Source: Eledone cirrhosa (lineage: Eukaryota). From it: a stretch of DNA of 64,000 nucleotides. The notes beneath the pieces were generated by a model. The model ran no database searches and had not been told where the DNA came from. It saw only the letters and a program-made list of their open reading frames with translations. Shown piece after piece: positions 1 through 12,257 of this stretch (positions are counted from its first letter, which is position 1; every line of letters begins with the position of its first letter). Location of the stretch: the NCBI GenBank assembly GCA_964016885.1, contig CAXHJY010001137.1, forward strand, positions 1 through 64,000, read 5' to 3'. The position numbers and the translations under genes are program-made.

Positions 1-369
1 TGTGTGTTTGTTTGAATGTGCAAAATATACCAAGAATATACCAAGAGTTAAAAAGACAACTACTATTATATATGACAAAAAGCAACCAGTCCACACTGTA
101 ACACGGTTGTTTTGGTGCCATGATAAAAAGCACCCAATACACACTGTAAATTTGGTTGGTGTTAGGAAGAGCATCCAGGTGTAGAAACCAAACTAGAATC
201 AGTTTTGTATGAGCAAGATACAGTCAACTGATTTGGCTTATATCACAATGGGACAATTTGTCTAACCCATGCCAGCATGGAGAAAATGAACTTTAAACGG
301 TGATGATGATAATGATGATATATATAATAGAAAAAATGATGAAGTTTTTTTCTTATATACACTCTCCCA

Positions 370-892
370 TTCTTCAATAGCATGGGCATCATCTATATCC
401 GCTGGGTCCCCCATGGACAGTCAGTTAACAAGGAGTACTATGTAGAGGGTTTGAAGCAGTTCAAAAAGAGATTTTGTCGCTAGAGACCAAAATTCTTCAA
501 GTCTGGTCAGTGGTCCCTGCTCCAGGATAATGCCCCTGCCACAAATCCATTCTGGTGACCAATTACTTGGCCGATATGGGGATCAAGACTGTCCCTCATC
601 CTCCCTACCATCTAGATGTAGCCCTATATGACTTATGGATGTTCCTGAAACTCAAAGAGTAGCTCAGGAGTATGTGCTTTGAGGATGTGGAAGAGATGAA
701 GGAGGCTGTGACAAGCACCCTGGACACCTTCACATTGGTAGACTACAAGGGGGCCTTCCAGAAGTGGCTGGAGCTACAAGTACATTGAAGTTGGAGGATC
801 CTACTTTGAAGGAGACTAGAATATTGTGTTGATTTGAGTTAAATAAATGTCTCTCTAAAAAAAGTCTCAAAACCTCTTGAGTGTACCTCGTA
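370..892 (+). mobile_element. Decayed mariner (Tc1/mariner) transposase 3' half plus right TIR
   Basis: Manual translation with stops and frameshifts: FFNSMGIIYIRWVPHGQSVNKEYY...LLQDNAPA...PHPPYHLDVALYDLWMF...GGSYFEGD* (HDNA and YSPDLAP-like mariner motifs); ends ...GTACCTCG|TA. Confidence 0.85.
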
Positions 893-1130
893 ATTGTTAC
901 TACCACCAGTAATTCACTGAATTATCTACACTACACACACATATATATGTGTGTATATATATATACATGAACCACCAAATTTAAATATATATGTATATTT
1001 ATATATACAAATTTAAAAAGGACAAAGACAATGTAAAAAAACAACGGAAAGACGGACAGTCTCATTTCCTCAGTCAGCCTTTGGAAATCACTACAGTTTT
1101 AGTGCATTAAGGTTGATACCAATCATTCCT

Positions 1131-1367
1131 GTGCACATTGGGACATAAGAAAACAGGTAGAGACAGTTATGCTTTTAGGTAAATTACACAAATATAGAAT
1201 GCGCAAGGTCTTAGCCAAAGGAGAAAAATATAGAAATCTGTAATTCGGTTTCGGTACATTAATATCGATACCATTTATTCCAGTGGACATTGGGACATAA
1301 CAAAACAGATAGAGACAAGATATGCTTTTAGGTAAATTACACAAATATAGAGTGTACAAGGGCTTAG

Positions 1368-1372
<5 letters not shown>
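1131..1372. repeat. Diverged ~90-bp direct repeat (two copies)
   Basis: cattgggacataa...atgcttttaggtaaattacacaaatatag...cttagcc occurs at ~1131-1220 and ~1283-1372. Confidence 0.7.
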
Positions 1373-1405
<33 letters not shown>

Positions 1406-2345
1406 GAAATAGATTCAATAAAATCCCAATGGAGATGGCCCTCTGTTGATATTTTACTGAATATGTAAACCTAAACATAGATTGAAAACTCCCCTGATCT
1501 GTTGTCTTCCTGGTTTCAGTTACAATCCATCACACAGGCTTCCACAAAGCTTCCATCTACCCATTTTCACTCACAAGGCTTAGGATAACCTGTGGCTATG
1601 GTAAATAACACTTACCCAAGATGTCACACTGTGGGATAGCACTTGATTGTGAATAGAACTGCTCAACTATCTGGCCATAGTGCATTGAGATACACACACT
1701 TACATATACATACATACGCACACATACATACACAAACACACACACAAACACTAACAAACATACATACACACATATACACTCACATATATATATATATATA
1801 TACCCATGCTAGCGTGGAAAATGGACGTTAAACGAAGATGATGATGATGATGATGATATATATATACACACGCAATTACACACATTTACATATACATACA
1901 CATACATACACACACTTACACACACGCTAACAAACACACCTACACACATCTCACACACACAAACATACACATATACATATACATACACACATACACATTT
2001 ACACATACTTACACCCATACACAGATACACATACACATTTACAAACTCACACAAATTTTATTTAAAACTGATGTTAGACTGCGCTGCCATCATACTAACT
2101 ATGTTCCCTTCACCTCCAATAGTTTCCCAATATTTCTATTAATATTCCGTGTATAAATAACACCATTGTTGTCATCATCTGTCGTCTGTTTGTCGATTGA
2201 AAGGAATGTCGTCTGCTTTCATTTCATGTTGTCAATGTAGTACTGGAATAGCGAGAGGAGATGTCAAAGGAAAGAACAAGGACTAAATAGGGACATAGAG
2301 ACGCTGTATTGGGGAAAGACTTGGATAATAATAGACGTAAAAACT

Positions 2346-2795
2346 ATGATGGTGGTGGTGGTCGTCGTGTTGATGGTGGTGGTGGTAGTGGTGGTTAGGT
2401 TTGTTGTAATGGTGGTAGTGGTGTTGGTGGTGGTGATGGTGGTGGTAGTGATGGTGGTGGTGATAGTGGTAGTAGTGGTAATGGTGGTGGTGGTGGTGGT
2501 AGTGGTGGTGTTGATGGTGGTGGTGGTGAGGTTTGTTGTAATGGTGGTAGTGGTGGTGATGGTGGTGATGATGGTGATGGTGGTGGTAGTGGTGGTGAGG
2601 ATGTTGTAATGGGGGTAGTGGTGTTGGTGGTCGTAGTAATGGTGGTGGTGGTGGTGATGATGGTAGTGTTGGTAGTTGTGGTGGGGTTTGTTGTAATGGT
2701 GATGGTGGTAGTGATAGTGTTAGTGGTAATGGTTGTGGTGGAAGTGGTGGTGATGGAAGTGGTGATGGTGGTGTTGGTGATAGTAGTAGTAGTTG
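2346..2795. repeat. Degenerate (GGT)n/(GAT)n microsatellite
   Basis: Direct inspection; produces the poly-V/H/T/P ORFs. Confidence 0.95.
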
Positions 2796-2824
2796 CACCG
2801 ATGGAAAAACACATATATCTGGAT

Positions 2825-3151
2825 CAATGATTCTCAACGTGGAGTGCACGCCCCACGGGGGGGGGGGGGTGAAATTTGAATATTTAAGGGAGCAATTTGA
2901 AAATGATGATAATGAGAACAAACTTCAGGTTTTACATTATTACTTTTACACTAAGGCAACATTGGTACATATTATGGAAACTCTTCTCTCAGCTCCTCCA
3001 CACATGTTATTGAGCATCTGGCACCACCTATATGCCAATTTGTTTATACTTTTCAGTTGATCATCACCGTTTTTATATCAAAGACAGGGAGTGATAACAA
3101 TTTTTGAGATGTTGAAGTGGGGCATGGTGCACAAAAGGTTGGGAACCACAC
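2825..3151. mobile_element. Decayed hAT-like MITE
   Basis: Termini caatgattctcaac ... gttgggaaccac resemble CAGTGGTTCYCAAC hAT TIRs; no TSD recognised. Confidence 0.55.
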
Positions 3152-3707
3152 ATTTAGATATATGACAAGATTGATCATTTGAATTACTGATACAGTCAAT
3201 TCAATGGTTTTTCAAGCAGTTTCCATCTACATAATTTCTCTTAGAAGATATAGCTCAACTTGATGACACTTGTTGGATAGCATGGAGGGGGATTGAACCT
3301 GGGACTTTATGAATGTAAAGAGAACTTCTTAACCACACAGCCATACCTAACTCTAAAGCTTTAGTGAAGTCAACTTCTTAACTACACATCCATATATATT
3401 TAAGTTGCATGTTTGGCTTTCTGTATGACACGCGTAATGTAATTTTCAATGTTTTGTTATTTTTTATTAATTTTACAGTGGGTGAATGGATATGGATGAA
3501 ATTATTCTCTAAAAAAGAGTAGTAGTCTTGAAAAAGTTTTGGAAACTATAATATAGATCAGTCATGGACAAACTGGCCAGTTAGGCTTTCTGAATGACAC
3601 CTAATTTCAAAATAGCCTTGAATTTTTTATAAGACCCTCTTTATGATAAGCTATATCCTATGCAGCCCACTGCTTGAAAAAAATTGCCAATGCCTGTTAT
3701 AGAGATT

Positions 3708-3888
3708 ATTGTTTCTACTTTTTGGTACAAGGCCAGCAATTACGCCAGTGCATTACTGGTACTTTATTTTATTGACCCTGTAAGGATGAAAGGCAAAGTT
3801 AACCGTGGCAAGATTTGAACTCAGAACATAAAGGGCCATAACTCTATACTGCAAAGCATGGTGTCTGATGTTCTGCCGATACTGCCAT
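3708..3888 (-). mobile_element. tRNA-derived SINE with Nin/Deu-type domain (one of many copies)
   Basis: Minus strand has a B-box GAGTTCAAAT, a central GCCTTTCATCCTTAC.GGGTC.ATAAAATAAAGTACCAG block and a 3' GCTGGCCTTGT.CCAAAA.GTAGAAACAAT end. Confidence 0.85.
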
Positions 3889-4314
3889 GTATCTCTATAA
3901 CAGGTATGATAGAGAGGGAGGAAGCAAAACCAAATTCTAACCAAACACTTGGATACCATAGAAACCAGCACTAAGTACATTTGGTGTTTTTTAGTATATT
4001 TTATACATTGTATATACTGTATATATTATATATACTGTATGTATTGTGCATATACTATGTATACTATATATATTATATACACTGTATATATTGTATATAC
4101 TTGCATATATTATATATACAGTATGTATTGTGCATATACTATGTATTCTATATATTATATATACTGTATATATTGTATATATACTGTGTATACTGTATAT
4201 ACAGTGTATGTTGTGTATATTGAATATATAGTGTGTATACTGTATATACTGTGTATATTGTGTATATTGTATATATATATTGTGAATATTGTATATATAC
4301 TGTATATATTGTAT

Positions 4315-5458
4315 ATATACGTGAACGGCAAAGCATAAGCGACCTAAGGAAAAAATTAGAAATAAGAGGGATCAGATGTTGTTTACTCGAGAGAAGGCTA
4401 CGTTGGTATGGTCACGTGATGCGCATGAAAGACGACAGCTGTATAACAAAGTGCAGGGCAATAAAGATAGACGGTAGCTACGGAGTAGGCAGACCCAGAA
4501 AAACCTGGGATGAGCTGATAAATTCCGACCTCACACACTTACACCTCTCCAAGACAATGTCACTGGACCGAGAACTTTGGCGGTACTCAGTAATAGAGAA
4601 GACCCGCCTTACCTAAATACAAAGTAAAACCTACTACAGTCAGTAGGCATCTCTAACAAAATACACCCCCGTCCCACCACCCCCACCCCATCCACACCGC
4701 CCCTTTCAATGTAAAGTTATGTTGGTGCCACAACATCCAGGCCGAAACAAATGAGATCGTGTAGGTGTCACGACAAAAAAACACACAGTCCACACTGTAA
4801 TGTGGCCGTGTAGGCAACACGGTAAAAACCTCCCAGCCCCACACTGTAAATGTGGTTGGTGTTAGGAAGGGCATCCAGCTGTAGAAAACCCGCCAGACAG
4901 TCCACGCTGTAATGTGGCCGTGTAGGCAACACGGTAAAAACCTCCCAGCCCCACACTGTAAATGTGGTTGGTGTTAGGAAGGGCATCCAGCTGTAGAAAA
5001 CCCGCCAGACAGTCCACGCTGTAATGTGGCCGTGTAGGCAACACGGTAAAAACCTCCCAGCCCCACACTGTAAATGTGGTTGGTGTTAGGAAGGGCATCC
5101 AGCTGTAGAAAACCCGCCAGACAGTCCACGCTGTAATGTGGCCGTGTAGGCAACACGGTAAAAACCTCCCAGCCCCACACTGTAAATGTGGTTGGTGTTA
5201 GGAAGGGCATCCAGCTGTAGAAAACCCGCCAGACAGTCCACGCTGTAATGTGGCCATGTAGGCAACACAGTAAAAACCTCCCAGCCCCACACTGTAAATG
5301 TGGTTGGTGTTAGGAAGGGCATCCAGCTGTAGAAAACCCGCCAGACAGTCCTATGCGAGCAAGACAACCACTCTTGCCTCAAGTGAGAAAACTCCCGTCC
5401 AAACCCATGCAAGCGTGGAACACAGACGTTAAACGATGATGATGATGATGATGATGAT
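4315..5458 (+). mobile_element. 5'-truncated RTE-clade LINE with a 5x tandem amplification of a 112-bp 3'UTR segment
   Basis: C-terminal RRLRWYGHVMRM...GRPRKTW motif; 3'UTR shared with 31763-32507; (GAT)n tail; 112-bp period over ~4785-5351. Confidence 0.92.
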
Positions 5459-6053
5459 ACCTATATTCTGTATATTTCAGTTTCATTACAATATGTAGAA
5501 AGATGTATATATATATATTGTATATATTGTATATATTGTATATATTGTATATTTATTGTGTATACTGTGTATACTGTCTATATTGTGTATATTATATGTG
5601 TATGTGGAAAGATGTATTAACTGAAGCTGGTTTATGGACTGAAATATGTCTGCTATTACAGCTACTGGATTCTACTTTTCCCTTCTCATCCAAACTATTT
5701 TAGTTGTCTCTTTCTAGCTCTCCTCCCGCTCTCTCTTTCTCTTTCTTTCTAGCTCTTTTTGTCTGCCTCTCTCTCTCTCTCTCTCTGTCTGTATGTCAGT
5801 CTTTTAAACTTTCTATCTTTCTCTCTAGCTTCCTCAGTCTGTATCTCTCTCAGTGTTTGTAAGTCTGCCCGTCTCACTCTCTCTGTCTGTTTCTCTCTCT
5901 CTGCCTGTCTGCCTCTCCCTCCCTAGGTTTTCCCCCTCTCTCTCTTTAGCTCTTTCTCTTCTTCTAGCTCTCCCTCTCTATCTCTGTCCCCCCTCTCTGT
6001 AGCTCTCTCTCACACATTCTGTCACACAATCTCTCTTTACCCTCTCTTTCTCT

Positions 6054-6091
<38 letters not shown>

Positions 6092-6188
6092 CTCTGTCTC
6101 ACATTCACTCTCTCACACACAGTCTCTCTCTCACTCTCAGATGCACACACTCTCTCTTTCTCTCTCTCACAGAATGAGAGAAACATAC

Positions 6189-6285
6189 TTTTCAAAAGCA
6201 TCTCCACCATCCTTTTTTCATTTTCTCCATTGAGATGAAGAACAATTCTTCCCCAGTTGTCCTGACAATGAAGACTTGCTCCAGT
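6189..6285 (-). pseudogene. Ankyrin-repeat-like exon or pseudo-exon
   Basis: ttgacag|ACT...AAAA|gtatgt; translates TGASLHCQDNWGRIVLHLNGENEKRMVEMLLK, matching the GA....D..G...LH.......V..LL ankyrin pattern; weak polypyrimidine tract. Confidence 0.45.
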
Positions 6286-6330
6286 CTGTCAATTTTAATG
6301 TCCTGTACAGCATCAAACAGCAAGACATTG

Positions 6331-6561
6331 TTAACCTTTTAGCATTTACATCACTCTATATATATACTATTGTATTTTCATGGTAGGCACTTTATTTCAC
6401 ATAATTATTTCACATAATATTGAATCTATGAGATTTTGATATTATTTATTTTAAGAACAATACCTTAACATAAGTATGAATAGTCGGTTATGGCTGATTT
6501 GAACAAAAAGAGGTGAGAGAATTCTGGCCGGATACAGTCGGTTTAAATGCTAAAGGATTAA
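6331..6561. mobile_element. piggyBac-like MITE
   Basis: ttaa|ccttttagcattta ... taaatgctaaagga|ttaa: TIRs with TTAA target site. Confidence 0.65.
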
Positions 6562-6779
6562 AAAGTACAAAACAGCCCTATGACCACATTACATTAATAA
6601 TTAAAGTCTTTATTCCAATACTGCAAACTTTCACAACAACCTGTCCACTAGTAAAGACACTATAAACATTTGAATGAAAAAAACTGCTTTTAGAAATACT
6701 CTGTTGAATTAATACAGAAGGTAAAGAGTTAAGCCAAGTCTCTGTTATATTTGGGTGTTTTTCTATTTGTTTCTCTTAT

Positions 6780-7150
6780 TCTGTAAAGTGGTTGGCAATA
6801 GGAAAGGCATCCAGTCATAGAAAACTTGTTAAATAAAGGGTCTGGAGGACAGTTCAGCTGTGTCAAAGACATGACAACTTCCCTAGGGCTGGAGAGCTAC
6901 ACAGTAAACACATCCCATACACACTGTAAAGTGATTGGTGATAGAAAGGGCATCCAGCCATAGAAAACCTGCCAAACAAAGGGTCTAGATGACTCTTCAG
7001 TTGTGTCAAAGACATGATAACTTCCCTAGTGTTAGGGAGTTGCACAGTAAACACACCCCATACACACTGTAAAGTGGTTGGTGATAGAAAGGGCATCCAG
7101 TCATAGAAAACCTGCCAAACAAAGGCTTAGGTGATCTCTTCAGTTGTGGT
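6780..7150 (+). repeat. ~120-bp tandem repeat (3 units) derived from RTE 3'UTR-like sequence
   Basis: Repeated ctgtaaagtggttgg...ggcatccag.catagaaaac. Confidence 0.7.
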
Positions 7151-7193
7151 GGTTCTGGTGGTGGGTATTGCTGATGATGTTGATAGCGATGAT

Positions 7194-7225
<32 letters not shown>

Positions 7226-7419
7226 TGATGATGATGATGTTGACGATGATGATGGTGATGGTGGTGATGATGATGATGATAATGATGGCAGCAATAGCGA
7301 TGATAATGGTTCTTCTCTCTATCTTCCACTAGTTCCTCACCCTCATCACTATTTTTCTATTTTTCTTTCTCAACTTATGTTTCTTATTATTCTCACTCTA
7401 TGCACTATCTCTTTCATTG

Positions 7420-8204
7420 ACTGGATCTCTCTCTCTCTCACTCTCTCTCTCTCTACCGCCCCCCCTCTCTCTCTCTCTCTTTCACACTCTGTCTCTTCCT
7501 GTTTCTCTCCTGCCTCTCTCTTCGTCTCAACTTCACTCATTCTCTCTTTTTCGCTTTCTCAGTCTCTCTCTCACTCTATCTCAGTCTGTTTCTCTGTTTC
7601 ATTTACTGGACCTCACTCTATATCTCTCTCTACCGCCCTCTCTCTCTCTCTCTTTCTCTCTATCTTTACCACCCTCTCTCTCTCTCTCTCTCTACCACCC
7701 TCTCTCTACCGCCCTCACTCTATATCTCCCTCTCTACCGCCCTCTCCCTCTCTCTCTCTATCTTTATCCCCCTCTCTCTACCGCTCTCTCCCTCTCTCTC
7801 TTTACCGCCCTCTCTCTCTCTCTCTATCTTTACCACCCTCTCTCTCTCTCTCTCTACCGCCCTCACTCTCTCTCTCTCTACCACCCTCACTCTATATCTC
7901 TCTCTCTACCGCCCTCTCCCTCTCTCTCTTTATCCTCTCTCTCTACCGCCCTCTCCCCCTCTCTCTACCGCCCTCTCCCCCTCTCTCTCTCTATCTTTAC
8001 CCCCCTCTCTCTACCGCCCTCTCCATCTCTCTCTTTACCGCCCTCTCTCTCTATCTTTACCGCCCTCCCTCTGTCTCTCTCTCTCTCTCTCTCTCTACCG
8101 CACTCACTCTATCTCTCTCTCTCTCTCTACCGCACTCACTCTATCTCTCTCTCTCTTTACCCCCCCTCTCTCTACCGCCCTCACTCTATCTCTCTCTCTC
8201 TACC

Positions 8205-8235
<31 letters not shown>

Positions 8236-8810
8236 ACCGCCCTTTCTATATATCTCTCTCTCTATCACCCTCTCTCTCTCTACCGCCTTCACTCTATATC
8301 TCTCTCTCTCAATCTTTACCGCCCTCTCTCTCTCTCTCTATCTTTACCACCCTCTCTCTTTCTACCGCCCTCTCTCTCTATCTCTCTATCTTTACCACCC
8401 TCTCTCTCTCTCTCTACCACTCCCACTCTCTCTCTCTCTCTCTCTCTCTCTACCGCCCTCTCTCTATCTCTATATTTACCACCCTCTCTCTCCCTCTCTA
8501 CCGACCTCACTCTATCTCTCTCTCTCTCTACCCCCTCTCTCTCTCTTTCACGCTCTGTCTCTTCCTGTTTCTCTCCCCCCTCTCTCTTCATCTCAACTTC
8601 ACTCATTCTCTCTTTTTCTCTTTCTCAGTCTCTCTCTCTCACTCTATCTCACTCTGTTTCTCTCTGTCTCAATTACACTTAGTCTCTCTCTCTTTCTCTC
8701 TCCCACTCAGTCTCTCTGTCTCTTTCTCACTCTTTCGGTCTTTCTCTCTCTCAGTCTGTCTCTCAACTTCTCTCTCTCCTCTCTCTCACTACCTCTATAT
8801 TTCTCTCTCC
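7420..8810. repeat. Long (CT)n polypyrimidine array punctuated by TACCGCC/TACCACC
   Basis: Direct inspection; source of the 564-aa and 421-aa SLSL ORFs. Confidence 0.95.
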
Positions 8811-8936
8811 ATATACCATCTCTAATTCAGTATATTTTATCTCAGTTTCTCCCCCTCTTCCCAGTAATTCTTTCCAATTACTGCGTCACAGTTACATATT
8901 GTATAGCTCTTTTCTACTACATCTATCTTCTATCAT

Positions 8937-8967
<31 letters not shown>

Positions 8968-9077
8968 ATGTATATATATATATATATATAGGAGGTGAGT
9001 TTTATTGTAGCACAATAAAGCAATGCAAATATCGGATAAGTAGCACTCTACAGTTTGTTGGACTGGAGTATAAATAA

Positions 9078-9255
9078 TTGTTTCTACTTTTGGCACAAGG
9101 CCAGCAAATTCTCCAGTGCATTACTGGTACTTTATTTTATCGACCCCGTAAGGATGAAAGGCAAAGTTAACCTCGGCGGGATTTGAACTCAGAATGGCAA
9201 GGGCCGTAACTCTATGCGTCAAAGCATGGCGTCCGACCCTCTACCGATACTGCCA
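9078..9255 (-). mobile_element. Nin/Deu-domain tRNA SINE
   Basis: A-box TGGCAGTATCGG, B-box GAGTTCAAATCC and the same body as the other copies. Confidence 0.88.
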
Positions 9256-9361
9256 AATCAAAAGATGGTTAAAAGAGTTCCAAGTATTTTATTATGCGCA
9301 TTTCGTTGATTTAAAACTTCACTGCTCACAAGTGTTTTTTAAGCTTCATATCATGTCTCCC

Positions 9362-9432
9362 TATTTTATCTGATGAGAACGCAGATATCATCCCATGATG
9401 ATATTTGTTTTTGAAATGCGCATAATAAAATA
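9362..9432 (+). ncRNA. Type I hammerhead ribozyme (Penelope-type) inside a 9257-9460 fold-back
   Basis: TATTTTAT-CTGATGA-stem II (gcagatatcatc/gatgatatttgt)-GAAA-TGCGCA-TA-ATAAAATA; 8-bp stem I and palindromic stem III. Confidence 0.85.
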
Positions 9433-9525
9433 CTTGGAACTCTTTTAACCATCTTTTGATCTTATATATATATATATATATATACGATATTAATAAATGG
9501 AAACTATATTTATAAAACCATATTT

Positions 9526-9588
9526 ATTTCATTATACATATTTCAGGGATACCAAATTAAATTATGGTATGCCTTCATCAGACAAAAT
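9526..9588 (-). ncRNA. Type I hammerhead ribozyme motif
   Basis: Minus strand: attttgt-CTGATGA-agg c atacca...tggtat c cct-GAAA-TATGTA-TA-atgaaat; stem I contains two G-U pairs. Confidence 0.7.
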
Positions 9589-9802
9589 ATAATATATAAC
9601 AGTTTTACAAATAAGCTTTGACGTACCCTATTAAAATGCAACCATTGTTTTTGGAAGTCATCCGGATAGTGATTTGTTTATATTACTTTAATAAGTCATA
9701 GTGTTAAGGACAATTAGAAATAGACGGAGAGAAAGAAAAAGACAGAGAGAAAGAAAATTTTGATTATGTGAATATCTTCATTTGTTAATATTTTGAATAA
9801 TG

Positions 9803-9891
<89 letters not shown>

Positions 9892-9963
9892 GTGTGTGTG
9901 TGTGTGTGTATACATTATTCAAAATATTAACAAATGAAGATATTCACATAATTAAAATATAGG

Positions 9964-10025
9964 CTTTATTATATATATTTCGAAGGTACTGTGTTGTTTT
10001 TTCAGTACGTCCTCGTCAGATAAAA
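9964..10025 (-). ncRNA. Type I hammerhead ribozyme (inverted copy of 10531-10593)
   Basis: Reverse complement of the motif at 10531-10593. Confidence 0.78.
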
Positions 10026-10530
10026 TATATGATTTGATATATGACATACCTCTACGGTCTTGATATTTCAATTCCTGTATTGGCAGTGATTTATTTCATC
10101 AAATCTTAACATTTATATACCACAAATAATAATATGATAAACTTAAAGAAGAAAAGGACGTGGAGCGGTTTATGGTAATTGATTGGTTGCCTCAATTGAC
10201 CTAATATTTGAAAACAACGGTTTTTTCTATCTATCCCCCTATATTCCCTCTCTTTTGTCGTTATTTCTCCTTTCTTTTTCCTCGATTCATCCATCCATTT
10301 ATTTATTTTTATTCATTTAAATATTTATGTATGTATTTTTCTTGCCTTCCTCCTCTTTACACCCTCTCTTATATCTCTAATTCGCTCCATGTCCTTTTCT
10401 TCTTTAAGTTTATCATATTATTATTTGTGGTATATAAATGTTGAGATTTTATGAAATAAATCATTGCCAATACAGGAATTGAAATAGAAATATCAAGACC
10501 GTAGAGGTATGTCATATATCAAATCATATA

Positions 10531-10593
10531 TTTTATCTGACGAGGACGTACTGAAAAAAACAACACAGTACCTTCGAAATATATATAATAAAG
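10531..10593 (+). ncRNA. Type I hammerhead ribozyme
   Basis: ttttat-CTGACGA-ggac gtactg...cagtac cttc-GAAA-TATATA-TA-ataaag. Confidence 0.78.
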
Positions 10594-10761
10594 CCTATAT
10601 TTTGATTATGTGAATATCTTCATTTGTTAATATTTTGAATAATATTAAAAACTCCAGGATAACTCCTTTGTTGAGTGCTTTTAATCTATTGTAAAACTGT
10701 ATTCATTGAGTAATCAATGAACCATATTAATCTTTGGTCATATATATATATATATATATAT

Positions 10762-10875
10762 ATAGGAACTAGTAAGACCCCGACAGCTGAGCTCAAGCCG
10801 TTTCGACGGCTAATTCTGGACTATTAGCCGTCGAAACGGCTTGAGCTCAGCTGTCGGGGTCTTACTAGTTCCTAT
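10762..10875. repeat. Perfect 53-bp-arm palindrome containing the 3' half of a hammerhead
   Basis: Arms 10762-10814 and 10823-10875; right arm reads gccgtc-GAAA-Cggct tgagctc agctG-TC-ggggtc; CTGANGA is absent. Confidence 0.8.
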
Positions 10876-10979
10876 TACCCACTCTACTACCTCAAGTATT
10901 GAATACTTTGGTGCGTTATGGTCCACCTGGTTCCTTACCACATTTCCTTCGTTATATATATATATATATATATATATAT

Positions 10980-11056
10980 CAGGGTGTGCCCCAAAACTGT
11001 ATACACACTTCAACAGCATTCTAATAAAAGTGTGTATATACATTTTTGGGGGACAC

Positions 11057-11060
<4 letters not shown>
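10980..11060. mobile_element. 81-bp Tc1/mariner-type MITE in a (TA)n tract
   Basis: TA|cagggtgtgccccaaaactgtatacacactt ... aagtgtgtatatacatttttgggggacactctg|TA. Confidence 0.75.
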
Positions 11061-11102
<42 letters not shown>

Positions 11103-11103
<1 letters not shown>

Positions 11104-11721
11104 GCATAGGTTAAGAATAACGTCCTCGAAAATGAAAGTAAATTTTCTGACAAGTGGATGTGTTTTTTTAATTTTTTTACAGTGAAATTTACATGGTGTT
11201 AATTAGTATTGCGTGTGTGATTATTTTCTCTTATATATATATGTGTGGGTGTGTATATGTGTGTATATATATGTGTGTCTGTATGTATATATATATGTGT
11301 GTTTGTATATATATATGTGTTTGTGTCATCATCATCGTTTACATGTTTTTGTAATATCTTGCCAAAGTTGGCACCAACTATAAACAAATTAAGGCCGGGT
11401 CATAAGAAGGACAGAGAATGATAAGGGATTTGGGTAAAAACATCTAAACGATGATGATGACACAAACACATATATATATACAAACACACATATATATATA
11501 CATACAGACACACATATATATACACACATATACACACCCACACACATATATATAAGAGAAAATAATCACACAATACTAATTAACACCATATCACTATAGA
11601 GACCTGTTGTAAATAAACAAAGAGTGTATCGTAAATTTCACTGTAAAAAAAAACAAACAAACACATTCACTTGTCAGAAAATTCACTTTCATTTTCGAGG
11701 ACGTTATTCTTAACCTATGCC
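11103..11721. repeat. Imperfect local inverted duplication (~250-bp arms, ~85-bp spacer)
   Basis: ggcataggttaagaataacgtcctcg... mirrored by ...cgaggacgttattcttaacctatgcc; right arm has ~40 extra bp. Confidence 0.8.
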
Positions 11722-12257
11722 ATATATATATGTTTATATATATATGTGTGTGTGTGTGTGTAACTAATTGAGTCTAGTGTGACCATTATTCAACTTAGTA
11801 CTCCATGCTTTAAGGAAAATAGTGTAGATCTCTCTCTATCTATTTATCTATTTATCTATCTATCAGTCTCTCTCTCTCCCTCCCTCTCTATGCTTATATC
11901 TTTCTCCCTTTCAGTGTCAGCCCGTTCATTCGTCTATCTCTGTCATCATCTTTCAATGTTAATCCCGACTCTCTCTATCTCTGTACTTCTCAAACCCTCT
12001 ACCTCTCTATCTATTTAGATTAGCTCTAATCTAGCTGTCGTCTGTTCTACAGTGTGGATGTCATTCACTTCGCACAGAAGTTTTGTTCAAATTTATTGAG
12101 GAAATTTTGTGAGTTCAAACTTAATTTTGATACAATTGTGTAGCTTGACCCTCCGTCTGAACTGTCAGGCGGTGGGTCAGCTCATCTTTACCCCTCCTAG
12201 AGGTGAAAAACCTGTTTTAAAAAATTTTGTGTAAAAAATTTCAATCGTCTAACAGAA

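Larger units (their letters stand above)
9914..10643. mobile_element. Penelope-like pseudo-LTR fold-back: ~255-bp inverted repeat (9914-10167 vs 10383-10643)
   Basis: Near-perfect reverse-complement arms, each carrying a hammerhead; a third partial copy at 9757-9802. Confidence 0.75.

Noticed and set aside
4785-5351. CRISPR-like regular repeat
   Set aside because: Units are identical throughout with no unique spacers, the context is eukaryotic, and the sequence derives from an RTE 3'UTR.
7131-8825. 564-aa and 421-aa ORFs
   Set aside because: Translations of a (CT)n array that lacks stop codons; no domain signal.
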